From an uncultured Anaeromyxobacteraceae bacterium (GTDB taxonomy: Bacteria > Myxococcota_A > UBA9042 > DTJE01), in assembly GCA_964470365.1 (NCBI GenBank), contig CAYYCO010000002.1, positions 76,044 to 140,043 of the forward strand: a stretch of 64,000 bases of DNA. The letters run 5' to 3'. Under the pieces are notes generated by a model. It saw nothing but the letters and a program-made list of their open reading frames with translations, was not told the DNA's origin and did no database searches. This document shows, one piece after another, positions 1 to 10,235 of the stretch. Each line of letters begins with the position of its first letter. Within the stretch, counting starts at the first letter, position 1. A program made the position numbers and the translations under genes.

Positions 1-2
1 AC

Positions 3-470
3 GTGCCGACCACCCCGTTCGTCAAGGCGACGGTCGGCGTGGACTGGGGACACAAGTGGGACGTGGGCAAGACAAACCTGGACCTGTACTTCAACTTCCA
101 GTATGTCCGCGGTTTCTATGACGAATTCAACGACATGTACGGACTGCACAACTACTTCGTGCCGACCGTGAATCTGATGCTGAAGGACAACGAGGTCCAG
201 TTCTCGTTCACCACGGCGCTGAACTGCGACGACCTGTCGATGATGATCTTCCCCAGTTTCACGTGGATCGCCTATCCGGGCATCGAATTGACAGCCGGGT
301 ACATGGGCTTCGTCGGCGAAACGCAGCCGAAGGCCCCGGCAGAACTGGACCTGAACAACCTTGACGAGGCGATTTCGGCCATCATGCCGGCATATGCCGA
401 AAAGTCGCGGTTCGGGCAGCTTGCCAGCGGCCGCAACGTGGTCTTCTTCAAGGTAAAGGCGAGTTGGTGA
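3..470 (+). CDS. C-terminal fragment of a putative outer-membrane beta-barrel protein (5' end lies outside the window)
   Basis: Open frame from the window edge. Alternating hydrophobic/aromatic beta-strand pattern, ending in the aromatic terminal residue typical of OMPs (...FFKVKASW*). Confidence 0.4.
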   Translation: MPTTPFVKATVGVDWGHKWDVGKTNLDLYFNFQYVRGFYDEFNDMYGLHNYFVPTVNLMLKDNEVQFSFTTALNCDDLSMMIFPSFTWIAYPGIELTAGYMGFVGETQPKAPAELDLNNLDEAISAIMPAYAEKSRFGQLASGRNVVFFKVKASW

Positions 471-474
471 CAGC

Positions 475-1461
475 ATGAAGACGATTTTCAGATACGGCGC
501 CGCCACCCTCGCAATCGTGGCAGCCATCGCCATCCAGGGTTGCGGCTGGGGCGTAAACGGCCTCGACAGGATGGATGAAAAGTACCCGAAGGACGCGGAA
601 ACCGACGCCGTGGACGTGATCGGCGACGCGGCCACGGACGACATGGCCGAACAGGACATCATCACGGACACCGCAGTGGCGGAAGTGGCCGATGACGCGG
701 TCGCGGGCGACACCGTCGAGGGTACCGACGCCAACGTGTGGCCCGACGTGTCCTACGAGGGCATCGAGGGCCTGTGGGCCGTCAGGCTGGTTTCCAGCGG
801 CGTGATGACCGTCCCGATCGTCGGCGAGCGCCCGATGCGCACGACCGACCTCTTCCTGGCCACCGGTTCCGGTTCCTCGCTTGAACTCACCTTCTGCGAT
901 GAATTGATCGCGGTCGAACCGACGGCCGATTTCAACAACTCCACAACGACCAAGCAGGCGCTTCGCGACGCACTCGCGTCAAACCCGCTGGTGCTGGCGA
1001 CGGCCGGCAACGCCGTCTTGCCCCAGGACGTCGTGTGGAAGTGGGCGGTGTCCGATTCCATTGCGGACGAAACAGCCCTTCCGGCAGCCGACAAGGACAA
1101 CGAAGACGTCAATTTCCAGAACTACCCCGACATCGACTCGGATTCGCATCCCGGCGTCACGATCGACGTCTCGCTCAGCCTCTGGAACTCACCCACCGTC
1201 GGCGAACGCTACATGGCCAAAAGGGTTAAATTCTCGCTGGCCGAAGGCGCGATGTCCGAAGACGGCAGGTGGATTACCGGGGCAATGACGTTCGCGGTCG
1301 ACGAAGTGGTCCTCGGGGCCGACCAGGCACTGCTGAACAACGGCGCGGCGGTGGCGCCCCTTGCCGATGGCACCTTCTACCAGTTCAGGCGTGTCGATGA
1401 CCTGATGGACTGTGCCGCGCTGGTCGCGAACAACGGGGGCATGTTCCAGGACGCGCCCTGA
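475..1461 (+). CDS. hypothetical acidic lipoprotein
   Basis: N-terminal signal peptide with lipobox (AIAIQGC). Asp/Glu-rich mature region. No recognisable catalytic motif. Confidence 0.5.
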   Translation: MKTIFRYGAATLAIVAAIAIQGCGWGVNGLDRMDEKYPKDAETDAVDVIGDAATDDMAEQDIITDTAVAEVADDAVAGDTVEGTDANVWPDVSYEGIEGLWAVRLVSSGVMTVPIVGERPMRTTDLFLATGSGSSLELTFCDELIAVEPTADFNNSTTTKQALRDALASNPLVLATAGNAVLPQDVVWKWAVSDSIADETALPAADKDNEDVNFQNYPDIDSDSHPGVTIDVSLSLWNSPTVGERYMAKRVKFSLAEGAMSEDGRWITGAMTFAVDEVVLGADQALLNNGAAVAPLADGTFYQFRRVDDLMDCAALVANNGGMFQDAP

Positions 1462-1541
1462 AGCCCCGTGATCCCCGGTATTCAAAGCGACAGGAATTCC
1501 AAATAGAATCAACGCGACTTGCGGATGTTGCCGGAGAACAG

Positions 1542-4166
1542 ATGAATAACAACGACTTTGGCCCCTGGGCGAAACTTCACGCGTTCCTGGTCAGGCACCG
1601 CCTGCCCATGCTGATTGTGGCGGTCATCCTGACCGGCATCTTCCTGAGCCAGTTCCCGCCGGTCCAGGCCGACGACAACGGACCGACGGGTTTCCTGCCG
1701 CAGGACATCGACGAAGTCGTGTTCTGGCAGAACCTGAACAAGCGGTTCGGCGCCCTGAACAACCTGATGATCGGGCTGGAGGAACCGGGCAAGCCCCTGA
1801 CTTCCGACGGCCTGACGCGCGTCGCGAACATCACCCGCGCGCTGGAAGACATGAAGAAGGACGGAATCGTTTCCGTCCGCAGCGTTATCAACGTCGAATC
1901 GACCGAGGTCGATGACGAGGGCACCGTTCACGTCGACAACACCGTTCCGTCGATTCCGATGGACAAGGAAGGTCTGGACGCCCTGTCGGCCAAGATCATG
2001 TCGAACGTGCAGGTTCCCGGCGCCTTCATCTCGAAGGATCAGAAGGCTTACGTCGTGATGGTGAAGCTGGGCGAAAAGGCGGACGGCGCCGTCATGGCCG
2101 ACAGGATCATAAAGGTCGTCGAACGCGAACGGGGCCCGTTGTCCGCTTACTACTTCGGTTCGGCATTCGCCACGTTCCAGGTGTCCAGAAAGATAATCGA
2201 CGGTCTTCGATGGGTCATCCCCGTATTCGCCGCGGGCCTGTTCCTGGTCCTGTTCGCGGGACTCAGGCGCCCGTCCGCGATACTGATGACCCTTTTGTGC
2301 GCCGTGATGCCCCTGCCCTGGTGGCTCGGCACGCTTCACCTTCTCGGCATGCCGGTCACGATGCCGGTGCTCAACGGGGCTCTCCTCCTTCTGACCTTCG
2401 GCGCCCTGGTGTATTCCAGGGCCGCCGAAGGCCGGACGAGGGGGAACGAAACGTTCTTCGGGTTCCTGCCTTTCATGTCGCTGGTCGCTGTCGCCGGCGC
2501 CTTCGGCGTCCTGACGGCCTGGCAGGGACAAGTTAAGCTGTCGGTACCTTTCCTGGACGGATTCGCGGCCGCCATGTCGATCGGCTTCGCGGTTCTTGCC
2601 GTCGCCTCCCTCATCATGGTCATTCCGCTGATGACCATCCTGACCCCGGCGCCCGAGGCCTGCCACCCGGTTCCGGCCAGGCTCCCTGCGCCGTTTGCCA
2701 GGCGCATGGCAGCACTGCTCATCCCGGTTGCCGTGTTCGCCCTGTCGGCCTCGGCCATCGGCAACTTCAGGTTCGCCGTCGCGCTCGAAGACATGTTCTC
2801 TTCGAGGGAGGACGTGGGGCGCGGACTGGATTTCTTCGACCGCAAGATCGGCGGGAACGAAATCATGCAGGTAAGCGTGAAGGGCGACTTCACGACCGCG
2901 GCCGCGCTGAACCGCCTGATGCGTTTCGCCGACCTGGTCGAGGGCACCGGTGAATTCGCGGACGTCCGCTGCATCACGCAGATTGTCGCATACCTGGCCG
3001 ACGGGATGACCGGTACATACTGGATCCCGCCGAAGGACGACCAGCTTTCCGACGTTTTCTTCTACCTTGAGGGAATCGAGGACGTCAAAGCCCTGGTGTC
3101 GGCCGATCGGCAGGAAGCGATGCTCGCCATCAGGATGCCCACCGGCTCGCGCGGACGTTACGTCGAACTGATCGAAACGGTGCGGGCCGCGGCAAACGAT
3201 TCCGCGAAGGCCGGCCCGGACGGGGCCGCGCTGCGGCTGGCAGCCATCGCCAGGATATACGGCGTCACGCTGCCAGACGGCCGCATCGACCATGTCGTCA
3301 CGATGGCGGCCGCCCCGGTGACCGCGGAAGAAAAGACAGTCATGACCGGCTCAATCAGGGAGTGGATCGACTCCGAGGACTCCCCATGGAACCCGTCGCC
3401 GGAAGAATGGACCGCGATCGAACCGTTCGTCCACGGTGGCGCCGGCGCCCTGGCAGCCGCGATCGGGGCGCAGCCGTCGTGGCAGGCCGACGGCAACAGC
3501 CAGGACATGGCCCTGAAGGTGGCCGAATCGATTGGCGTCCGTCTTGAAAGCATGGCCATCGAAAACCGCGCCACACGCCTGGTCGACGAACTGGCCGCCG
3601 GGGTCGAGGCCCCGAAGAATTTCAGGATGCGGGCGCGTGGAATACTGTCCAGCGCGGTGGCCGGCCTTCCCGAGGGATCCCAGGACCTCGACTTCTCCAT
3701 CAGCGGCTATCCCGCCTTCACTAAGGCCTCCGAAGAAAGGCTCCTTGGCGGACTCCAGATGGCGGCGCTGCTGCTTTTCCTGTCCGTGTCGGTTTACGTG
3801 ATGCTGCTTGGATTCGGACGGCCGCATCGCCTGCTGGTGCTGCCGATCGGCGCCGCGGCGACGGCCGCCACCTTTGCGGCGTCGGGCGGACTCGGTCTGA
3901 ACGCCGACCCGAACTCCGCATCGATATACCTCATCGCACCGCTCGCGTGGATATTCCTTGCCGACTTCCTGAACGACGAATCGGGCGCGACCAGCCGCTT
4001 CCCGACCTTCTTCGCGCTTGCCCTTTCGGCCGGGGCCGCGTCGATGGTCATGTTCGGTGTCATGCCGATCGTGCGAATCGGCGGGGCGCTTTGCCTGTCG
4101 TTGACGATCACGGTCGCCCTGTACGCGGCCGTGCGCCGCATCTACTTCAAGCCGGTCAGGGCCTGA
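1542..4166 (+). CDS. RND-superfamily exporter (MMPL/HpnN-like membrane transporter)
   Basis: 874 aa. N-terminal TM helix, a periplasmic domain, then a roughly 5-helix TM bundle. A second large periplasmic domain is followed by a second C-terminal TM bundle. This duplicated architecture is typical of MMPL/RND transporters. Confidence 0.6.
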   Translation: MNNNDFGPWAKLHAFLVRHRLPMLIVAVILTGIFLSQFPPVQADDNGPTGFLPQDIDEVVFWQNLNKRFGALNNLMIGLEEPGKPLTSDGLTRVANITRALEDMKKDGIVSVRSVINVESTEVDDEGTVHVDNTVPSIPMDKEGLDALSAKIMSNVQVPGAFISKDQKAYVVMVKLGEKADGAVMADRIIKVVERERGPLSAYYFGSAFATFQVSRKIIDGLRWVIPVFAAGLFLVLFAGLRRPSAILMTLLCAVMPLPWWLGTLHLLGMPVTMPVLNGALLLLTFGALVYSRAAEGRTRGNETFFGFLPFMSLVAVAGAFGVLTAWQGQVKLSVPFLDGFAAAMSIGFAVLAVASLIMVIPLMTILTPAPEACHPVPARLPAPFARRMAALLIPVAVFALSASAIGNFRFAVALEDMFSSREDVGRGLDFFDRKIGGNEIMQVSVKGDFTTAAALNRLMRFADLVEGTGEFADVRCITQIVAYLADGMTGTYWIPPKDDQLSDVFFYLEGIEDVKALVSADRQEAMLAIRMPTGSRGRYVELIETVRAAANDSAKAGPDGAALRLAAIARIYGVTLPDGRIDHVVTMAAAPVTAEEKTVMTGSIREWIDSEDSPWNPSPEEWTAIEPFVHGGAGALAAAIGAQPSWQADGNSQDMALKVAESIGVRLESMAIENRATRLVDELAAGVEAPKNFRMRARGILSSAVAGLPEGSQDLDFSISGYPAFTKASEERLLGGLQMAALLLFLSVSVYVMLLGFGRPHRLLVLPIGAAATAATFAASGGLGLNADPNSASIYLIAPLAWIFLADFLNDESGATSRFPTFFALALSAGAASMVMFGVMPIVRIGGALCLSLTITVALYAAVRRIYFKPVRA

Positions 4167-5208
4167 ATTCGGCAGTGACCGGAAGGTGATCCGAGTTGCG
4201 CGCCGTACGTGGCACCGAACCGGCGGACCAGTTCAAACCACGATAAAACACATAATCGAGCCGTCTTGTCGGCCTCCCTGCCGGGAAGGTGTGGAAGGCC
4301 ACCTCCGACCAGCCGTGGCCGTCGTCGATGAAGACCTCCCTCATGCCCCGGATTCCGCGAATCGTGTCGATCGTCGTGTCCCCGGTAAAATCGGTGTCCT
4401 CGTCGTCGAAACCCCTGGTCTGGACCGCGAACGGGGGCAACGCATTGAAGTCGCCCGCCATCACCAGCGGCCGGCCCGCGGGGAGTTCCGACACATAATC
4501 CGCGAGAATCCCGGCCTGCTCGACACGGTTGGACCTTGAAAACGCCTCCAGATGGACGTTGACCGCGTCGATCGCAAGGCCGCCGTCGGGGCCGGCCTCG
4601 ATGATGGCGTGCTGAATCGCCCTGTTCAGGAAGAACCTGTTATACCACCATGAGTTTTCCGATGGCTGCGGCAGCGGGATCCGGCGGCATTCCGCGATCG
4701 GGTACCTGCTGAGGATCATCTGGCCGGAGTGCACGCCGCCGATCTGCGACGAGAAAGGGAAATAGGGGAACGGCACGTACCTGTTGCGCCATGTGGACAC
4801 GAAGCACGCGTGAGCCAGCCCCGAATTCTTCAGCAGGTACTCGGCCTGGTCAATCCTGCCGGTCCTCGAAGAAGGCCTGTCGACCTCCTGCAGGAAAACG
4901 ATGTCGGGCGACTGTTCCCTGATGAACGCCGCAATCGCCGCCAGGTTGTCCCTGACCTCCGCCGCGGGATGCCGATCGGTCGGGCCGCCCGCAAGCCCGC
5001 CGCCGAACCCTATGTTCCAGGACATGACCTTCAGTACTGGACGCGGGGCGGGCGCGGGACCCTGACCCGGCAGATCCATGACCGAAGCCTGCCTCAGTTC
5101 GTTGCGGTTCATCCCGGCCGAAGCCCAGGCGAACAGCAGTATCGCGGCAATCACGATTACCACGACAAGTACCGCCACGACCCTGAGCAGGTGTTTCATA
5201 CGACCCAC
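4156..5208 (-). CDS. membrane-anchored endonuclease/exonuclease/phosphatase (EEP) family protein
   Basis: N-terminal TM helix. EEP motifs DIVFLQEV, GDFN and the terminal SDHLPV. Confidence 0.7.
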   Translation of the reverse strand: MGRMKHLLRVVAVLVVVIVIAAILLFAWASAGMNRNELRQASVMDLPGQGPAPAPRPVLKVMSWNIGFGGGLAGGPTDRHPAAEVRDNLAAIAAFIREQSPDIVFLQEVDRPSSRTGRIDQAEYLLKNSGLAHACFVSTWRNRYVPFPYFPFSSQIGGVHSGQMILSRYPIAECRRIPLPQPSENSWWYNRFFLNRAIQHAIIEAGPDGGLAIDAVNVHLEAFSRSNRVEQAGILADYVSELPAGRPLVMAGDFNALPPFAVQTRGFDDEDTDFTGDTTIDTIRGIRGMREVFIDDGHGWSEVAFHTFPAGRPTRRLDYVFYRGLNWSAGSVPRTARNSDHLPVTAEFRP

Positions 5209-5234
5209 CTCCGCCGCCCGTCAGGCTGATACCG

Positions 5235-6650
5235 TCAGGCATCCCTTTCGAGCTTCTCGAGCCTTCTGAGCAGGGCGAACCGGCTGATGCCGAGCATGCG
5301 CGCCGCCTCGGAACGGTTCCCGCCCGCGCGATCCAGAACTTCGCGGATCAACCTTTCTTCGAACGCATCAAGTGTATCAACACCGGGAACGAATCCAAGA
5401 TCGACGACCCCGGCGCGCCCTGCCGTTGCCGGCGGAAGGTCCTGCGGCGCGGCGGCGGGACGATACGGGTTGCGGACGCGATCCGGCAGGTGGCCGGGTT
5501 CGATTACCACCGAATCGGTCAGGATGACGGCGCGTTCGATGATGTTCTTCAACTCGCGGACATTGCCCGGATAGTCGTAGGACAGCAGGCACGCTTCGGT
5601 CTGCGGCGAAAACCGGCGGAGCTGCGTGCCCATCGCGCGGCAGACGTCGGCGATGAATATGCCCGCAAGAATCAGCACATCCGACCCACGCTTGCGCAGC
5701 GGCGGAAGGTTGATCGGAAAAACCGACAGCCGCTGGAACAGATCCAGCCTGAAACGGCCCGCGCCGACCTCGGCCGCAAGATCACGGTTCGTGGCCGCGA
5801 TCACCCTCGCCTCCATCGGCAGTTCCCTGTTGGACCCGACGCGCTTGAAAGTGCGCGATTCAATCACGCGCAGCAGCCTGGTCTGGAGGTCCTGCGGCAT
5901 CTCTCCGATTTCGTCCAGGAATATCGTGCCGTCGCCCGCATCCTGGAAGGCGCCGGTCCGGGTCTGGTCGGCGCCGGTAAACGCGCCCTTCTCGTGCCCG
6001 AAGAGCAGGCTTTCGACGAGATGGGCCGGCAGCGATGCACAGTCCACTGCCACGAACGGGCACCGGCCCCTGCCGGACAGCCTGTGGATCTCGCGCGCCG
6101 CGACCTCCTTGCCCGACCCGGTCTCGCCGGTCAGCAGGACCGTGGCCCCCGATGGCGCAACCCTTTCGATTTCCAGGGCGACCTGCCGCATCGGCGGCGA
6201 TTCGCCCACGAGCCCGCCGGCCGTCTCGCGGCCGCTCCGGTATGAGAGCCTGCGGACATGGATTTCGGTCACCGCATCGACAAGAGGCTGGATGCTGGTC
6301 TGCTTCACCCGGTAATCCTCGGCGCCGTTCCTGATGGCCTGGATTGCGTTCGGGATGGCCTCGAAGGCGGTCATCACGATTATCGAGGCGGCCTTCTGCC
6401 GGCCGAGCATCGACGGGATCATCTCGATACCGTCGCCGTCGGGCAGCTTGTGGTCGAGCAGGATCACGTCCCACTGTCCCTGATCCACCATCTTCAAGGC
6501 ATCCGAGGCCGAATTCGCGACACCGGCTTCGAACCCCTGCCTGGCGAGGGAACGGGCGATCGCCCTGGCGTACAGCACCTCGTCGTCGACCACGAGCACC
6601 CGGAAAGGTTCAACCGGCCGCGCCGGCCGTGGGTCCCTGTCGTCCTGCAT
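5235..6650 (-). CDS. sigma-54-dependent response regulator (NtrC family: receiver + AAA+ + Fis HTH)
   Basis: Receiver domain (VLVVDDE...ILLDHKLPDGDG). Sigma-54 interaction AAA+ domain (GETGSGKEVAAREIH, GAFTGA). C-terminal Fis-type HTH (NRSEAARMLGISRFALLRRL). Confidence 0.85.
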   Translation of the reverse strand: MQDDRDPRPARPVEPFRVLVVDDEVLYARAIARSLARQGFEAGVANSASDALKMVDQGQWDVILLDHKLPDGDGIEMIPSMLGRQKAASIIVMTAFEAIPNAIQAIRNGAEDYRVKQTSIQPLVDAVTEIHVRRLSYRSGRETAGGLVGESPPMRQVALEIERVAPSGATVLLTGETGSGKEVAAREIHRLSGRGRCPFVAVDCASLPAHLVESLLFGHEKGAFTGADQTRTGAFQDAGDGTIFLDEIGEMPQDLQTRLLRVIESRTFKRVGSNRELPMEARVIAATNRDLAAEVGAGRFRLDLFQRLSVFPINLPPLRKRGSDVLILAGIFIADVCRAMGTQLRRFSPQTEACLLSYDYPGNVRELKNIIERAVILTDSVVIEPGHLPDRVRNPYRPAAAPQDLPPATAGRAGVVDLGFVPGVDTLDAFEERLIREVLDRAGGNRSEAARMLGISRFALLRRLEKLERDA

Positions 6651-8627
6651 CTATTTCCCCCGCGCCCCTGAAGGCGCCGGAACGGGAAGCACCACGGCGG
6701 CCCTGCAGCCGCCTTCCTCGCGGTTTCGCAGTGACACCGCGCCCCCGAGGGTCTGCACTATCCTGCGGCAGACGGTCAGCCCGAGCCCGGTGCCATGCGC
6801 CTTGGTGGTGAAGAATGGTTCAAAGACCTCGCGCGGGCCTACCGTGAGGCCCGGTCCGTCATCATCGACGTATATGGCGATGTCGCGTTCGCCGGTGTCG
6901 ACCGACACCGTAATCGTGCCGGAAGCCGACGTCGCCTCGACCGCATTCAGGATCAGGTTGAACATGACATGGCGGATGGCGTCAGGGTCCGCCAGAACCA
7001 GCGCGCCCGACGGCACCGACGACACCAGCCGGCGCGCCCCCCATTTGGACCCACCCCGCATCAGCCTGCCGACGTCGTTCACGACCGTCGCAAGGTCGAC
7101 CGGCGCCACGGCCGCGTTGTGGCGTGCCGCCATGGACAGGTAGTCCCGCAACAGCATGTCGAGGCGGTTTATTTCGCAGCGAAGGCTCTCGAACGTTTCC
7201 AGTTCTTCCGGGTCGCTGCGATCCGCCGCGAGTGATTCCAGCGTCGCGCCGATCGCCAGTATCGGGTTCCGGATTTCGTGGGCGACCTGGGCCCCGAGTT
7301 CACCCATCGTGGCCAGCCGTTCACGCCTGACGAGATGTTCCTCGCCGGCGCCCTTTTCCACCGGCGCCCATTGTTCCCTGATCCTGACGAGGTATCCGAT
7401 CCTGTTTTCGTCGGCATCGACCAGCAGCAGCGCCTCGACGTATCCGGGGAAGCACTCGCCGTCCTTGCGCCGCAGCAGCGCGCACTCCTCGTAGTAACCG
7501 CTGGTCAGGTACATGATCTCGCTGTCCATCAGGTCGCCGATGTCCTGCGCGTCCCTGAATATGGCGTTCACGGTCAGCCCCGCCATGCCGCCATCCTCGT
7601 ACCCGAACAGCCTGTCGGCGGCCTCGTTTTCCGACGTGATGCACAGGTCGGGCCCGACCAGGACGACCGGCGAGGCCTCGCCCAGCGCCATCCTCACGAG
7701 CTGGTGGGTGGCAAGCTGCTGCGGCGCGCGCAATTCGTGCAGCGTCGTCACTGCCAGGTCGTCGCCGCCCCCCACACAGAGCCTGGTCATGGACACTTCG
7801 ACCTGGATCTTGAAACCGGTGCCCACGAGATTCAGGAACACGTCCGGAACGTACTTCACCGGAACGACCCCAGGATCGCCCGATTCGAGGAACTCCGACG
7901 CCCTGCGCCCCAGTTCATCAATGAACGGGCCCGTCAGTTCAAGTCCGGGGAGGCTTCCCCCGTATTCAAACACCAGGCCGCCGCCATCCATCGCCCTCAT
8001 GCCGCGGTTCATCCCGCGCACGCCCCCGCCCGAATCGAAAAGAAACCTGACCATGCCGGTTTCCGCCCGGGAATCGCCGAGCCCGGCCCATCCCGGGATG
8101 GTGACGGCCCTCATATGCAGATCCACGATTTCGCCGACCCGCTGCGCGTACCGAATCAGAAGTTCCCGCTGCTGCGGGCTGAACGGATTCTTCCCAGGTT
8201 TCTCGAATATCAGGACCCCGAACGAAAGGCTCCCGGACATGACCGGCACCAGGAAGAACCTGTGGTCGCCCAGGAAGTCCATCGCCGCCTCGACCCCGGC
8301 GTCCGGCATCAGTTCAGGCCCGATGATTTCGGCCAGCGATGACGTTTCGAGGCTGACCCGCTCCTTCCAGGACCTGTACGCAAGGGCCGACGATGAGATG
8401 GCGCGCAGCGGAAACGCGACGTTCTGAACCGCGCCGACCATGCTTTCGACTTCGCCTATCTGGCTGCGGATGGACGCCATCGTCGCGACCACGACGCGGG
8501 CGGTCTCCGACTTCTCGTCCATCAGGACCATGTTGGCCGACGTGCAGCCGAGCAGCTTGGCCGCGCCCCGCAGTATCGATGTCAGGACCTCCGATATGCC
8601 CGAGGTCGATTCGTACTCCATTGGCAA
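6651..8627 (-). CDS. sensor histidine kinase with N-terminal GAF/PAS-type sensory domains
   Basis: H-box HEIRNPILAIGATLESL. G2 box GTGLGLTVCRRIV. Its stop overlaps the start of the downstream regulator, indicating translational coupling. Confidence 0.8.
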   Translation of the reverse strand: MPMEYESTSGISEVLTSILRGAAKLLGCTSANMVLMDEKSETARVVVATMASIRSQIGEVESMVGAVQNVAFPLRAISSSALAYRSWKERVSLETSSLAEIIGPELMPDAGVEAAMDFLGDHRFFLVPVMSGSLSFGVLIFEKPGKNPFSPQQRELLIRYAQRVGEIVDLHMRAVTIPGWAGLGDSRAETGMVRFLFDSGGGVRGMNRGMRAMDGGGLVFEYGGSLPGLELTGPFIDELGRRASEFLESGDPGVVPVKYVPDVFLNLVGTGFKIQVEVSMTRLCVGGGDDLAVTTLHELRAPQQLATHQLVRMALGEASPVVLVGPDLCITSENEAADRLFGYEDGGMAGLTVNAIFRDAQDIGDLMDSEIMYLTSGYYEECALLRRKDGECFPGYVEALLLVDADENRIGYLVRIREQWAPVEKGAGEEHLVRRERLATMGELGAQVAHEIRNPILAIGATLESLAADRSDPEELETFESLRCEINRLDMLLRDYLSMAARHNAAVAPVDLATVVNDVGRLMRGGSKWGARRLVSSVPSGALVLADPDAIRHVMFNLILNAVEATSASGTITVSVDTGERDIAIYVDDDGPGLTVGPREVFEPFFTTKAHGTGLGLTVCRRIVQTLGGAVSLRNREEGGCRAAVVLPVPAPSGARGK

Positions 8628-8699
8628 ACTCCTTGATCCGGCCAGGCCGCGCCTTGCCGCAAGCGGCGCGTAATGATACCGTAATCGCGCAGTTTCAGG

Positions 8700-10199
8700 T
8701 TGTTCCGGGGGTACCAGATGAATCGCGTGCGTTGTGCCCTTTTCTGCGCCTTGTTTGCCGCCGCCGGCGCGGGATGCTCAGCGGAACCCGTGGCCGGTGA
8801 TGTGCAGGACGGTCTGGCGGCCGACACGGCCCCGGACGAGGGGGCCGCCGACGCGCCCGAAACGATGGCCCCCGACGACACGGTCACGCCCGAAACGACC
8901 GACGCGACCGGTACCCCGGAAACGGATGCGGCGGATGAAGCGGACATCGCGGAACCCGATATCCCGGTCGTCGAAACCTCCGGGGCGTTCAGGTTCGATT
9001 TTGTCGAAACCGCGACCGACCAGCTTGACCGATTCCTGACACTGACGGACAGCGACCGCGGAACCGTGGCGGTCAGCAGATGTAACACGATGGCGACCGT
9101 GTTCATCGACAGGTACCGGGACAACGGCTTCAATGCGTCGCTTGCCCTGGCGCTGGTGAACCTCGAAACACCTCCCGGAATCGACGACCTCGTGCCCCGG
9201 AGGGTTCTGCTCGCCAGGGCATCGCCGGACGCCCCCCCTGCAATGACCGCCACTGTCGCCTGGGACCAGTGCGTCCCGATCGTTTTCGTCCAGACCGACA
9301 CCGGCTGGGACTGGGCCGCAATCGGGGAAGGCGAACCGGTGTGGGCAGCGGTAGACCAGGCCCGGACATACTCCGAAATCCTGTCCATGGGCGCCGCCAC
9401 CGGCCGGGACCACAAGGTTCATCTGTTCTTCCGGGCCAGGCCGAACGGCGGGACAACGCAATGGATGGACGCGGCCTTCAACGGAAACGGCTTCGACGTG
9501 CGCCTGTTCCCCAACCCGGATCCGGCAATGATTTCACCGCTTGGCGCGGCAGCAAACGGCGACGGCAACCTTGTCATCGGTTACCGGAAGGCAGGCATTG
9601 ACTCGCAGGAAGCATGGGTCGCGTCGTGGAACGGAACATCCTGGGACCGGGAACAGGTCACGGGCGTCACGCCGTCCGACCTCGGCGCCTCCTTCGCCAT
9701 CGGCAGCTACGACAGGGAAGGCCTGGCCTGGACCGCAGCGGTCTATTCCGACGACGGCCTGTTGTTGTCGGCATCTCTCAAGTACACATTCAGGGACACC
9801 GACGACAAATTCCGGACCGAAACGGTTACCGTTGAGAACGACGGATACGCCGGCAGCGGTACAAGATTCACCGGTTCGCGGCCCGTGCTGACGATCGACG
9901 GCACCGGCCGCCCGCACATCCTGTATTCAGACCTCGCGGTCAGGACCGACGGAACCGACCAGACGATTTCAAACGGCCAGTTGAGGTATGCCTGGAGGCG
10001 GATCAGCAAGTGGAACCATCTGACCGTGTTCACGCAGGACCCACCGGGGGTTGATGCGCAGCCGTACACCGGTTTCCGCCAGGTCGCAACCAGCCCCGAC
10101 GGCACGATCGCCGGTATTGCGGGCGTCGCCATCGTTCCGGACAGGTTCGGCACTGTTTCGATCGATACGCTCGGATGGGCGATTTCGAACGCGGAATAG
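8700..10199 (+). CDS. hypothetical lipoprotein with an acidic Thr/Pro-rich linker and a beta-rich (propeller-like) C-terminal domain
   Basis: Signal peptide with lipobox (AGAGCS). Low-complexity DTAPDEGAADAPETMAPDD... linker. Repeated W/G/D-rich beta-strand segments. Confidence 0.45.
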   Translation: MFRGYQMNRVRCALFCALFAAAGAGCSAEPVAGDVQDGLAADTAPDEGAADAPETMAPDDTVTPETTDATGTPETDAADEADIAEPDIPVVETSGAFRFDFVETATDQLDRFLTLTDSDRGTVAVSRCNTMATVFIDRYRDNGFNASLALALVNLETPPGIDDLVPRRVLLARASPDAPPAMTATVAWDQCVPIVFVQTDTGWDWAAIGEGEPVWAAVDQARTYSEILSMGAATGRDHKVHLFFRARPNGGTTQWMDAAFNGNGFDVRLFPNPDPAMISPLGAAANGDGNLVIGYRKAGIDSQEAWVASWNGTSWDREQVTGVTPSDLGASFAIGSYDREGLAWTAAVYSDDGLLLSASLKYTFRDTDDKFRTETVTVENDGYAGSGTRFTGSRPVLTIDGTGRPHILYSDLAVRTDGTDQTISNGQLRYAWRRISKWNHLTVFTQDPPGVDAQPYTGFRQVATSPDGTIAGIAGVAIVPDRFGTVSIDTLGWAISNAE

Positions 10200-10235
10200 G
10201 CCTTGCCCGCGCGCGCGGCCCGTTGCCGCGAAAAG

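Noticed and set aside
8628-8660. TGGCAA-N5-TTGAT sigma-54-like element upstream of the HK/EBP operon
   Set aside because: The -12 GC dinucleotide is missing (GA instead), so the match is too weak to call.
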